Source: the human T2T-CHM13v2.0 reference genome, Homo sapiens. Taken from it: 64,000 bases of DNA. The stretch is taken from assembly GCF_009914755.1 (NCBI RefSeq), contig NC_060929.1, one strand, 5' to 3'. Position numbers and translations under genes: made by a program. Below the pieces are notes generated by a model that saw only the letters and a program-made list of their open reading frames with translations, was not told the DNA's origin and searched no databases. This document shows, piece by piece, positions 12,033 through 25,562 of the stretch (the first letter of the stretch is position 1; every line of letters starts with the position of its first letter).

Positions 12033-15000
12033 TAATTTCTAGTTTCATTCTCAAAAGATACTTGGTGTGATTTCAATCTTTATAAATGTGTTAATACTTG
12101 TTCTGTGACCTAATATATAATCTTTCATTGAGCAATCTGTGTTTGCTTTAAAGAAATTTGAATTCTGCTTTTGTGGGGGAAAATATTCTATGTATGTATG
12201 TCTGTTGGGTTCATTTGTTCTATGGTGTTAAAGCCCTCTTTTCCTTATTAATTCCTTAGTCCTCTTCTGTCTGGATGTTTTCTCCACTATTGCAAGTGGA
12301 ATACTGAACTCGTTTACTATCATTGTATATCTGTCTATTTCTCCTTTCAGTTCTGTCAGTGTTTTCTTTGTTTATTTATGTGCTCTGTAATTGAGTACAT
12401 ATAAATTTAAATTGTTATATTTTCCTAGTAGGTTCACCCTTTTATCATTATAAAATGTCGTTCTTTGTGTTTTGTGAACAGTTTTTAACTTTAAGCCTAG
12501 TTTTTTTTTTTTCTGATGGGAGTTTACAAGTATTTTCTCCTACTCAACTTTTTCGAATAGGTTGAGAAAGATTGATATTATTTATTTAAATGTTTGGTAG
12601 AATTCATCAGTAAAGACGTCAGGTTCTGGGCTTTTTTTGATGGGAAATTTTTATTATGGCTTCTGTCTCATTGCTTGTTATTAGTTTATTGAAGCTTTGG
12701 ATTTCTCCATAGTTAAATCTTGGTAGGTTTTGTGTGCCTAGAATTTATCCATTTCTCTAGGTTTTCCAATTTACTGGCATATGGTTGTTCATATTGTCTG
12801 CTATTCCTTGGGTTTCTATGCTGTCAGTTGTAATATGTCCTTTTTAATCTCTGATTTTATTTGGGTTTTCTCTTTTTTTCTTAGTCTAGCTAGAGGTTTC
12901 TCCATTTTATCTTTGTTTATCTTTCTAAAGAGCCAACTTGATTGGAGAGTTCAATATACTTACATTTAAGGTAATTATTAATAGAAGAAATTTACTATTG
13001 CCTTATTGTTAGTTTTTTTGTTGTTGTTGTTAGTCTTGTAGTTCTTATGTTTTTGTTTTTCTCCCTTGCTGCCTTCCTCTGTTTTGTTGATTCTTCTATT
13101 AATATGCTTTGATCTTTGTTCTCTTTTTCTTTTACATAATTTCATAGGTATTATTTTTTAGTTACTTTTGGGATTACATAAAATATTTTATAGCTATAAT
13201 AGTCTACTGTAAACTAATAACAACTAAGTTCAATTGCAACAAAAACTCTGCATTTCCTTTCCCTCAATGCACACTTTGTTGCTGTTATCACAATTTACAT
13301 CTATTCATGTAGTGTATATTTAACCATCTTTGTTTTTTAACTTTTGTACTAGAATTAAATGATTTACTATTACCATATTTTGTATTTGTCTGCATGTTTA
13401 TTTTTACTGATGAGTTTCCTACGTTCTTATGAAAGCCTCCATGTTGTTGCTTAGCATCCTTTCAACTTAAAAAGTTTCTTTTAAGAATAGTCCTGTAATG
13501 ATGAACTGTCTTAGTTTTTGTTTGTATGAGAAGGTCTTTATGCTGGGTATAGTTTTTTTAGTTGGCAAGATTTTTTTTTCTTTTCACCACTTTAAATATA
13601 TAATTTCATTCACTTCTGGCCTGCAAACTTTCTGCTGACTAATTTGATGATAATCTTATTTAAGTTTCATTGTATAAGTTGCTTTTCTCCTTTCAAAATT
13701 CTTCTTTGACTTTTGACCAATTGATTGTAATGTATCTTGGTGTGAATTTTTTTTGTATATCTTATTTGGTGGTTTCTTCTTTAATCTTCTTGGATCTGTA
13801 TGTTCATTACCTTCCACAAATTTTAAGTTTTTAGTCATTATTTCTTTGAATATTCTTTCTGGTCTTCATTCCCTCTCTCCTATTTCTGGAACTTCCATAA
13901 TATGTTTACTGGTTCACTAAATGGTCTCCCATGATTCCCTTAAGCCTTCTTATCTCTTTTTTATTCCTTACTCTTTTTGATTCTCTGACTAAATTATTTC
14001 CAGTGACCGATCTTTAAGTTCACTAATTTTTTCATAACCTCAATCTAGTCTGCCATTGAACTCATCTACTAAGGTTTTTAGTTCAGTTATTGCCATTCTC
14101 CAGCTCCATGATTTCCATTTGGTACTTTTATACATTTTCTGTCTCTTTATCCAAATTATTACTTTGTTCATGTATTATTCTCTTGACTTTGGTGAACATC
14201 TTTATGACAATTATCTTGAATTCTCTGTCAGGTGAACAATGTAATCCTGTTTTATGATTGTTTTCTGGAGATTTACCTCATTCTTATGTTTGGCCCATCT
14301 TTGCCTGATTCTTTATTTTCTTTGACTTTATTTGTGGGTGCACATTAGACAAATCAGGAACCTCTCCCAGTGTTAATGACTTATATCATATAGGAGAAGA
14401 GTCTCACAAGTCAGCTCTACTAGAAATCCTGAACAACTTCTACCTGCATCAACTATTTTATTCCCAAGAAAGAGGCAGATAGCTGTAGTTTTTTTGTCTG
14501 TTTTCTCTGTGTTAAGCCAAGCTGAGGGAGAAACTATGACATATATCAGCCCAAGCCATCATCTCTGTTATTCCCTGGGTGGCTAGACTGTGATAGGTTT
14601 GCCAGTGCTTCAAGACTGAAGAGACAGATGCTAGTTCTTTCGGAAGCATCAAAGAAGTTGGGGTGTTGGGAACATAGATGAACTCTTTTCCTCTCTAGGG
14701 AGGAAGCTGAGGGCTGGCACTCTTTTTTGTTTTCTCAATCTGTGCTGGGCAGGGGAATAATTAATAGTGTCTATGACCCCACACTGCTGCCTCTATTTTC
14801 CCTTGGGTGCCTTGACTATGCTGAAACTGTCAGAGCTCCAAGTGTGGCAATACAAAAGCCTTTTTCTGGGGAGCTCCTCCACTTGGAAAAGTTGGAATGA
14901 TGATGCATGAAACAGTCCCTTTCCTCCCCTGAGTGAAGCTGGGAGCTAGGCGTCTCTTTCTAATCACATGTCTGCATCAGGGACAGTGTCTCTGGCAATA

Positions 15001-16950
15001 AGGTGTCCCATATCTTCCTACTGTCTTCAGTTAGTCTAGTTTTACATTCTCCCAGAGAGCAGAAGACTTTCAGTTAGTTTCTGCTTTTTCACAAAGGCAA
15101 TTTGTCCAGGAAGTTTGGCTGAATTGGTATGTTTGTTGAGGGAAAGAAGAGGGCTTTCTATGCAGCTATATTGCTGGCTGGCATCACTTCTAGCCTTTTA
15201 AAAAGAGGCTTCGCTAGCTAAATGCATTTAGTTCAATTTTGTTTAGTTTTTAAGTAGTGGATATTTTCTTCTTCAAGACCTAGTATAAAAGTAGGCCATG
15301 GCTTTATACTTTGTCCTGTGAAGTATTTGAAATTAGATGAAGTAATTCAAATGATAGTTGACTCTAATAGTAAGTTTACATGACAAATGATAGCAAGCCA
15401 GCACATGTAACTCTACAAGAAATATGCTATATACACTAACCCACAAATAATCACATCAATTGAAAGATCTACAAGAAATCTGATGATCTACAGCTATAGA
15501 GCCATGAGCTAAGAAAACATTTGTTATCCCCTTGAATCTGTTAATTTAATAAGACCATCCAGAGGCACAGCACTTGAGCGTCTAGAATCATAGCACTTGA
15601 CCAACTAGCAAGTTCTGTATTTTATTCCTGTTCCTTTTTCTTTTCTGTACAAATTCACCCCATATGTGTCTGCACTCTCTGCACTCCCGTGGGTAATATT
15701 AAATCATTACAGGTCAATGGCAGCACTTGTACTTCAAACAAGCCCACAGATGGCAGAGTCTTAGTCTAATCCCCTAGCACTGCCAATGCTGCAAGTAATA
15801 ACCAGATATGGTTTCTGCTTCCATTCTTTATGATTTAATATTTGATGAGTCTCTGGACACTCTGCTAACAACTTCCCATTGTCTCTTTAAGGAAACCAAC
15901 ATTGTAGATTATACTTCTCTTGCATGTACTATGTGCACAGCTGGCAGCCACAAGAAGGCAAAATTTAGGGAATATTCCTTCTTTATTTAACTTTTTCTGC
16001 AGGTGTCATTTCTGTGTTTTAGCCATCTGGTGTTCTGCGGAATAGAATACCAATAGCAAAATTTATTCAGATATACAAGCTAAATAAAAATATCTTCCAA
16101 ATAAAAGTATTAAAATGGTCAACATAACAAATGCAGTAATTTGTTTATTATTTTTGCATTTTGACAGAGATCTGGGGTGAAAGTGATGTTACTTTCCAGC
16201 AAACCTTGGCTGGAAAGGGTACTTAGGAATTAATGCTATATTAAGCTATTTTCCCTATTGTGTAACTGCTATGAAAAAAATGTCTATTTCAAAAAAGTAT
16301 CAGACCTGAGAATCAAAGATATTGCTATTCCTTCTATACTCCTCTGGAAATATATTGGTAGGTGAGAACAAGAGATTAAAAGGCCATTTCCAATCTTTTG
16401 CTGTAATAAGATATTAGGGTGTTAGTTGAAGTAAGGTGACAGTGTTTTTCATTTTTTTTTAATTTAAAAATTTCAGTGTGCAATAGGTATATATGGGAGG
16501 ATGGTAAAGGAAGTAACAAAGATTTTATTCAATCTTTGTTTTGCATATAAAGTTGTAATTCATCTAACGTACTTAATAAATGGGAGCACCTCAGCTAGAA
16601 CACAGAATTTTACCAATTGTTCTTCCTTCTACTTCTCTGTGCTAGAGATTAGGTCTAGGGAAAATTTATGGAGGAAAAGGATTACTTTGTTATCACCAAG
16701 GCTCAATATGATAGAGATAGGATATGCAGTTGAAGATACTTTAAAGTCTTTTTGCCTCCATTTCATAATCTGTAAAATAGTCTATCTCCTAATATAGAAT
16801 TGAACAAGGTAATATAGGTAAAATACCTATGTCAATTTTTGTTCTATAAGTTTCCATCATTTTCATTATTCAGCTGATGTCAGAATTCTTTATGAAACTT
16901 TGAGAGAAATAAAATCTTGCAGATATAAAATGGCAGTTGTGCTCTGTAAC

Positions 16951-17365
16951 TGGTATGGTGTGGATATGTGTCCCCTATAAATCTCCTGCTGAAATGTGGT
17001 CTCTAGTGTTGGAGGTGGGGCCCTGGTGGGAGGTGTTTTGATCATGGGGGTGGATGTCTCATGAATGGCTTGGCACCATTCCCTTGGTGATAAGTGAGCT
17101 CTCACTCTGAGTTCACATGAGATTTGGTTGTTTCACAGGCTGTGAGACCTGCTCCTTCTCTCTCTTTCTCTCACTCTCTCTATGTGACATGGCTGCTCCC
17201 TTCTGCCATGAGTAAAATCTTCCCTGAGGTCTCCCCGGAAGCCCTGCAGCTGCTGGCATCATGCTTGTACAGCCTGCAGAACCACGAGCCAATTAAACCT
17301 CTTTTCTTTATAAATTACCCAGCCTCAGGTATTTCTTTATAACAATGCAAAAATGGACTAATACA
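16951..17365 (+). mobile_element. MST (MaLR, MSTB-like) 5' LTR
   Basis: tggtatggtgtggatatgtgtccc...gagccaattaaacctcttttctttataaattacccagcctcaggtatttctttat...ggactaataca. Confidence 0.9.
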
Positions 17366-19341
<1,976 letters not shown>

Positions 19342-19653
19342 TAATAGGGTTTGGTATATGTACTTTTCAAATCTCATGTTGAAATGTGGTCTTCAGTGTT
19401 GGAGGTAGAGCCTGGTGGGAGGTGTTTGGATCTTGGGGGCATATGCTTCATGAATGACTTGGCACCATCCTGTTGGTGATAAGTGAGCTTTAACTCTGAG
19501 TTCACATGAGATCTGGTTGTTTAAAAGACCATTGAACTCCCCCACTTCTCTCTTGCTCCTTCTTTCACCAAGTAGCAAACCTCGTTTTTTTTCTTTTATA
19601 AATTACCCAGCCCCAGGTATTTCTTTATAGCAACACAAAAATGGACTAATACA
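19342..19653 (+). mobile_element. MST 3' LTR, internally deleted
   Basis: Direct repeat of 16951-17365 (gaaatgtggtc...ggtgggaggtgtt...ctctgagttcacatgagat...ggactaataca), about 100 bp shorter. Confidence 0.9.
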
Positions 19654-20297
19654 GTAGGCTCTTGCTTTTTAAAATTTATCTGAATTTCTTTTATCAAACC
19701 TGGATGTTTTAGTCATACCTTTCCCATAAATGCAAAGGTAAATTATAGCTCACCCTCCAGTTTTACAACTCTTTTATTACAAACTTGAGATACAAGGAAG
19801 TGCCTTGTATAGTTATTTTATTAAATGATAAAAGTAGATGTAAAGCCAAAGGGTAGGGTCTCCTTATTCAAAAAGGACACATATTGCAATAATCAGCCAA
19901 GGAATCTTCTGCCAACACTGTTTCTCCCCTAGCATTTTCCCTACTTAAAAGCAATACTAGAACGCTATTATGATTGATAGCATTACAAGTTCTATTTTCT
20001 TATAGAAGATTAGTGGTTCTGTGGGGCTGTAAGACGTATGTCTTATACAAGAGAAACAGCCTTGGGGTCCAAATCCTTTCCATGTCAATGTATTGTATGC
20101 AGTAGATAATTAGAAAATAACATCTAAATAATCTCTTCCTCTTGGAGACTACAGTTTACAGTACATTGGTTGAAAGTACCTTGAAGTGCCAAGGACTCCT
20201 GCAGCAAAATCCCTACTCTAACATTTACTTATTAGTTATTTGGGCACTCTAGCTTCCACATGAAATAAATACCACAGTGTCACAAGCGGGACTGTAG

Positions 20298-20608
20298 TTT
20301 TTTGTTGTTGTTGTTTTTCTTTTAGACGGAGTCTCCTGTTGCCCAGGCCCAGGCTAGAGTGCAGTAATGTGACTTCAGCTCAGTACAACTTCTGCCTCCC
20401 GGGTTCAAGCAATTCTCCTGCTTCAGCCTCCTGAGTAGCTGGAACTACAGGAGCACAACATAAGCCCTGCTAATTTTTGTATTTTTAGTAGAGATGGAGT
20501 TTTGCCATGTTGGCCAGGCTGGTCAAGAACTCCTGACCTCAGGTGATCCTCCTGCCTTGACCTCCCAAAGTGCAGAGGGATTACAGGCATGAGCCACCAC
20601 ACCTGGCC
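20298..20608 (-). mobile_element. AluS
   Basis: Full antisense Alu. TSD ggactgta(g/a)ttttt. Confidence 0.93.
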
Positions 20609-21333
20609 AGGACTGTAATTTTTCACAAGATAGAATAGCAGCTGATGATTTTACAGTTCAATCATGGTAGCTCATAGTAATTCATATGTGTTATTTTAGT
20701 CATTGGTGAAATGTGCCAGATAATATATAGATAATGTATTAGGGGGAGTTATATGTGCATTTTATTCCATTTTTTTTTCTTTCGCTTTGCAACCAATGGT
20801 AGAGTAGTACTTTGTGCCTGTCACCGCTTTCCTTTCTAAAAACTATTACCAGCACAGTAAAAATATGGGGAAATATATTAGCATTTATATACGATTTTCT
20901 ATTTACTAAGCACTTTAGTACAGTTTATATTAGTTTTCTTTCCTTTGACATGGTGTGTTAGCCTGTATTGAAGTATTTGCATTTTGCAGCTGGGGACACT
21001 AAAACACAGGAAAGTTAAATAAGCACCTAAGGTCACATTGAAAATTAATGGCAGAGCTGAGATTAATTGTATTTTAAGGTTGGTTTACTGAACACAATGT
21101 CTTTTCCAAATCAGCTAGACCAAGCCTATCATCCCTGAGAGGAAGGTGAGTTTATCAAATTCCTGGCAAGTTTAGAGGCTTATTTTTATACAAGCAGTCA
21201 GTGAGCCTAAGATTTCAAAAGTCCTGAACACATTTAGGAAACATCAGGTCAAGCTTAGTCTGGGCAAGGACTTAAAGTATTAGACCTTTCTTCTGAGCTT
21301 CAGACTCATATTCCAATTGTCTACTGGATGGAG

Positions 21334-21372
21334 TGAGTATCTACTAGCTGAGTATCTACTAGCTGAGTATCT
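21334..21372. repeat. 15-bp tandem repeat (tgagtatctactagc) x2.6
   Basis: Exact copies visible in the sequence. Confidence 0.9.
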
Positions 21373-21654
21373 GACAGAGTTCTTAAAATCAACCTATCCA
21401 AACTGTTTAAGCCTGACCTATCTCCCACATTCCCTATACACATGAACTACTGCTGAAAGATTTCATAGTAATCTAGAAGGCTGGAATCATTCCCAACCCC
21501 TCTGTTTTTCTCAATCCTAAAATATGCTTGGTGATCAGCAACTGGCAATGCTACCTCATTAACATTTCTTATCTTTCCTCTCTCCTTTAACGCTGTTGGT
21601 ACTGATTTAGTTTAAGCTCTATTCATTTCTTCCTGTACCAGTGAAATACTCTTC

Positions 21655-21750
21655 AAACCTGCACATTGTACACATGTACCCTAAAACTTAAAGTATAATA
21701 AAAAATAAAAATAAAAAAATAAAACATAAAAGCAAAAAAAAAAAAAGGAG
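21655..21750 (+). mobile_element. Ultra-short L1PA 3' terminus with long A-rich tail and TSD
   Basis: aacctgcacattgtacacatgtaccctaaaacttaaagtataat plus A-rich tail. TSD tactcttcaaa at 21647-21657 and 21751-21761. Confidence 0.88.
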
Positions 21751-23316
21751 TACTCTTCAAATTGGTCTCTCTGCCTTTAGGATTCCAGTATCCATTCTTC
21801 ACATTTCCACAGAATGATCACTCTAAAACACAAATTATGTTGTGTTGCTTCTTTGCTTAAGATACTTCAAAGACCACTGTAGAGAGGCCTAATTATTTAT
21901 CATGGCATAAAAAAACCTTTCGTTACCCACTCACTGTTTGAAACCACTATAGTCCATATATCAAATCTACCCAATGATTGCATTTTCCCAAAGTACCATG
22001 TACTTTAATTCCCTTGTATCATTGAACTTGTTGCTGCTTTGATTTTATTCTCCAACTCACATTTTTTGAGACTCTACACAATCATCTGAAGTCTGACCTC
22101 TCCGTCAGAATGGATGTTCATCCCCTCTATGACTAGACTGTTTTCTGCGTATAATTCTATCTTAGCATCTGTAACACTTTTATGCACACATACCCACACA
22201 GACCATCCCTCTCCTTGTACTGGATTCTAAGACCTGTAAGGGCAGAAACTATGTCTTATGAATTTTTATATTTCCAGAATCCAGTGCATAAATATATTTC
22301 AGGTTTATTCAATAAATTGCCATCTGAATACATAAAAGAATAAATATTCAACAAAGAAAAAATTCACAAATCTGTAGTGAAAATTCTTCTAGAAATTAAT
22401 CTTGAAGTGAACCTAAAATGTAAATACACTTATAAATAAAAATAAGGTGGAACTGGGAACCTGGATCTACAACCCAAGACAAGTTATATAACCTTCGTGA
22501 AGCCTAGTTTACTTATGTAGAAGTTAAAAATAGTAGTGATTACTTTGCAGGATTGTTGTAAGGTAAAGTTAGCCTTTAAATAATGCATGCAAATGAGTAG
22601 TACAATATAGACACTCAGAAAGTAATATCTTTTGGATTGTCTTTTGGGAGGGAAGGCATAACTTAAGAAACGTCAGCTTCCTTGGAAACCAACCAGTCTT
22701 AAAGAGATCAATGGCACTCAATACTGCTTTCACTGTGATAAACACAATTGCGCTAGAATGTCATGCCCTTGAGGGCAGGACCTTTGGTCTGTTTTGTTCA
22801 CATCTGTATCTTCAGCAACTACCACCACCAAAAAACATGAAGATATATAGACTAATCACCCATTCAGGAATGAAGAGAGTTTGTGCTATTAAACGTTTAT
22901 TCAGACTGTTTTACTAATTAGACAACATGTGATCTGCAGTGTTAATTTATTCTGCAAATAATAATGCCATGTACTGGGTAGTCCTTGTTTAACATGAAGT
23001 GTGAAATTAGTGAAATCCCAATCAAAGGGGCTCCGATTTTTATTTTTTTAAAAATTTAAAAAGATAATATTGTTTATGAAAGTTCCTGGCATAACCACAA
23101 ATAGATATTGAATGTTAAACCCTAGAAATAAAATAACACATAAAAAATTAAAATTTAAACATTTAATAAATAATGAATGTGGTATTTCAATATAACAAAT
23201 ATGTCATAACATTTTAACTGCAATGTTACAACTCTTTAGGAGTGTTCTCACCATGATAAAAGAGACTTTTTGACATCATCAAAAATTATTTAATTTCTAC
23301 CGTAAAAATAATACTG

Positions 23317-23602
23317 GTTTTTAGCTTAGATTCCAAATTATAAGTGAGATCATGCAGTATGTTTTCTGTCTAGCTTATTTCACCAGATATAATGTACAAC
23401 ATGAGGCCTATTGTTAATAACATTGCATTGTATTCAGAATTTTTGCTAAAAGACTAGATTTTGGGCTCTCTTGACACACACAAGGGTAACTATGTGAAAT
23501 GATGAATATATTAATTTGCTTAATTATAGTAATCATTTCATTATGTATATCAGAACATGATATTGCATGCCTTAAATATATACAATAAATAAATAAATAA
23601 AT
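23317..23602. mobile_element. Short L1MA 3' end with 5' inversion
   Basis: About 23317-23390 is antisense L1 (ataagtgagatcatgcagtat). About 23390-23602 is a sense L1MA 3'UTR ending in (aaat)n. Confidence 0.65.
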
Positions 23603-25503
23603 AGGAACTCCAGGGCCAAAGGTAAGACTATCTTTTTCTTCTGGTTTCACATTCTGACTTGGCTGAAAAATATGTTGGCAAAAAATGAACATTGTCTAGT
23701 AGGCAGAATGAGGTCCTCTGTTCTTGTTCAAAGAAATAGCTAAACATATTATTTAAAATAGCTTTTCTATATAAATAATTATTGTAAAGGTATTTAAACC
23801 TTTGCAAATTTTTCAGGAGAGAGACCAAAAGATAAAGAAAACCCAAGCTATTAATGGATTATTCCCAACAAGTTGATTACATCCAACCTATCATTTTCCT
23901 TGTTTATTTAGCTTCTCTTCTAGATTCTTAGACATCATTAGTAATGTAAATTGCTGAGAAAAACTTATCTGCAATCTAATTTGTGTATTCTATCTAAAGA
24001 AAAAACAATAGCAAACCCATTTTTAAAAGTGTGAAATTCTAGATATTTGTCATAAGAATAGTGGTAAAATGTTGAATAATAATAATTTTATAACATTTAG
24101 CCTTTCTGGATATAGAAGATTTCATAGTGGAAAATACATTGATAGAAAATTATAGTTTTGATGTTTGACATTTTAATTTTTTGTTATTTTTTCTTTTTTT
24201 TCCCAGTCTCATGTGTTCTGTATATTGATATGTTTTTAAAAACACAGAATATACTGTGTAGGGGATAGCCTGTTGTCTACATAAAGGATTAATGCAATTT
24301 TAATGGATTACTGCTGTTGCTTTTTGGAGATTCTCTTATGTCAAATAAACTGATATAAGTAAACAGGAAGAAAATATAAAATATTAACTGTTTGCCTAAG
24401 TAGTACATGCCATTTCTATTATATACAAGTTATAAAGTCTAGGGCTATGTTGAATATTTTTCATGGAAGCCCTAGGCTTTTGGTTTAAGATATATAAATA
24501 AATACCATCCTTTTTTCTAAGTTGAAAATATTCCATAGAAATATAGAATTTCAGAAGACAAATTAATAAAACAAAATATTGCTAAGCTATGTAGGAAAAA
24601 GAGGAGGCATTCTTGGCATAAGTGTGCCCCCAAAGGTAATATTCATGGGTCCATTCACTGTACCTACTATGTATGTATCAGATACTCTTTATGTTACTTG
24701 GGAAAAAGTAGTGAACAAGAGCAGATCAAAAAGAGAGAGATCATAAAAAGAATACCCTTGAGATATAAGGGTCACTAGTGAACCACAATGTTAAATATCA
24801 GAGAGTAGGGATGGTAAAGTATATAAATAATCTGTTAAAATAATAAGATCATAAAACTCAGAAGTCAAATCTTAGCAATTCTTAAAGACATAGTATATGT
24901 ACTTAAATGAGCTAGAGATAAATATCACTCATTGTCTTAACACAAAAAGGTTTAATTCATTAAATATAAGTTGATTCTTCCCAGAAATTATCTGTGGGAT
25001 GGCATAAAGAGAGTCTTAGCATTGATCCTTGCGGGTAAAATATGTCCTTTGTAAAAGGTCTTGTGGGAAACTAAGAAGTTGCCATGTTCGGCCCTGCACA
25101 ACTGTTTTTGTGTGAGGAAGGCTGCTTACCACCCAATGCTGGGCTGTTTCTTGGTCCTCATTGGGAGACTCTGCTCACATTGTTCATAGTAGACATCCTA
25201 TGACTTGGCAGTTTTATTAATTTTTAAAATATTTTAATATTATATTTGTATTATTTTTATATTTACTTTTAAATATGACCTATGACTCCTAAGTAGTTTT
25301 ACAAGCTGGAATCTGTGTCTTTTTACAAATTATTAAAATCCCATTTTCTCCCTCCTTTTTAAAAAATTTTTATCTAACTCTTGCAATGTGCAAGAAAACT
25401 ATTATAAGTGTTTTCACAAACATTTTATTTAGTCTTTATAGTAATACTATGAGCTAGGTGTCATATTTAATTTACAGATGCAAAAACGAGTGTTTAAGTA
25501 ATT

Positions 25504-25562
25504 CTTTTTTCTTCAGATGGAGCTTTGCTCTTGTTGCCCAGGCTGGAGTGCAGTGGCGCTAT
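25504..25562 (-). mobile_element. About 59-bp 3' Alu fragment with 17-bp TSD, inside a MIR
   Basis: cagatggagctttgctcttgttgcccaggctggagtgcagtggcg. TSD cgagtgtttaag(t/c)aatt at 25487-25503 and 25563-25579. Confidence 0.88.

Larger units (their letters stand above)
10645..15190 (-). mobile_element. Old L1M host element: ORF2 5' half, ORF1 and 5'UTR remnants
   Basis: Continuous T-rich antisense L1 text. ORF 11510-11707 ends ...DEAKAVLRRKYIAVNTYIEK (ORF2 post-endonuclease motif) and ORF 13656-13838 is ORF1-like. 5'UTR-like sequence extends to about 15190. Confidence 0.75.
21280..22345 (+). mobile_element. Degraded L2 (LINE-2) 3' region
   Basis: Pyrimidine-rich L2-like text ending gtaagggcagaaactatgtctt...ttcaataaatt...gaataaat. 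Confidence 0.6.
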
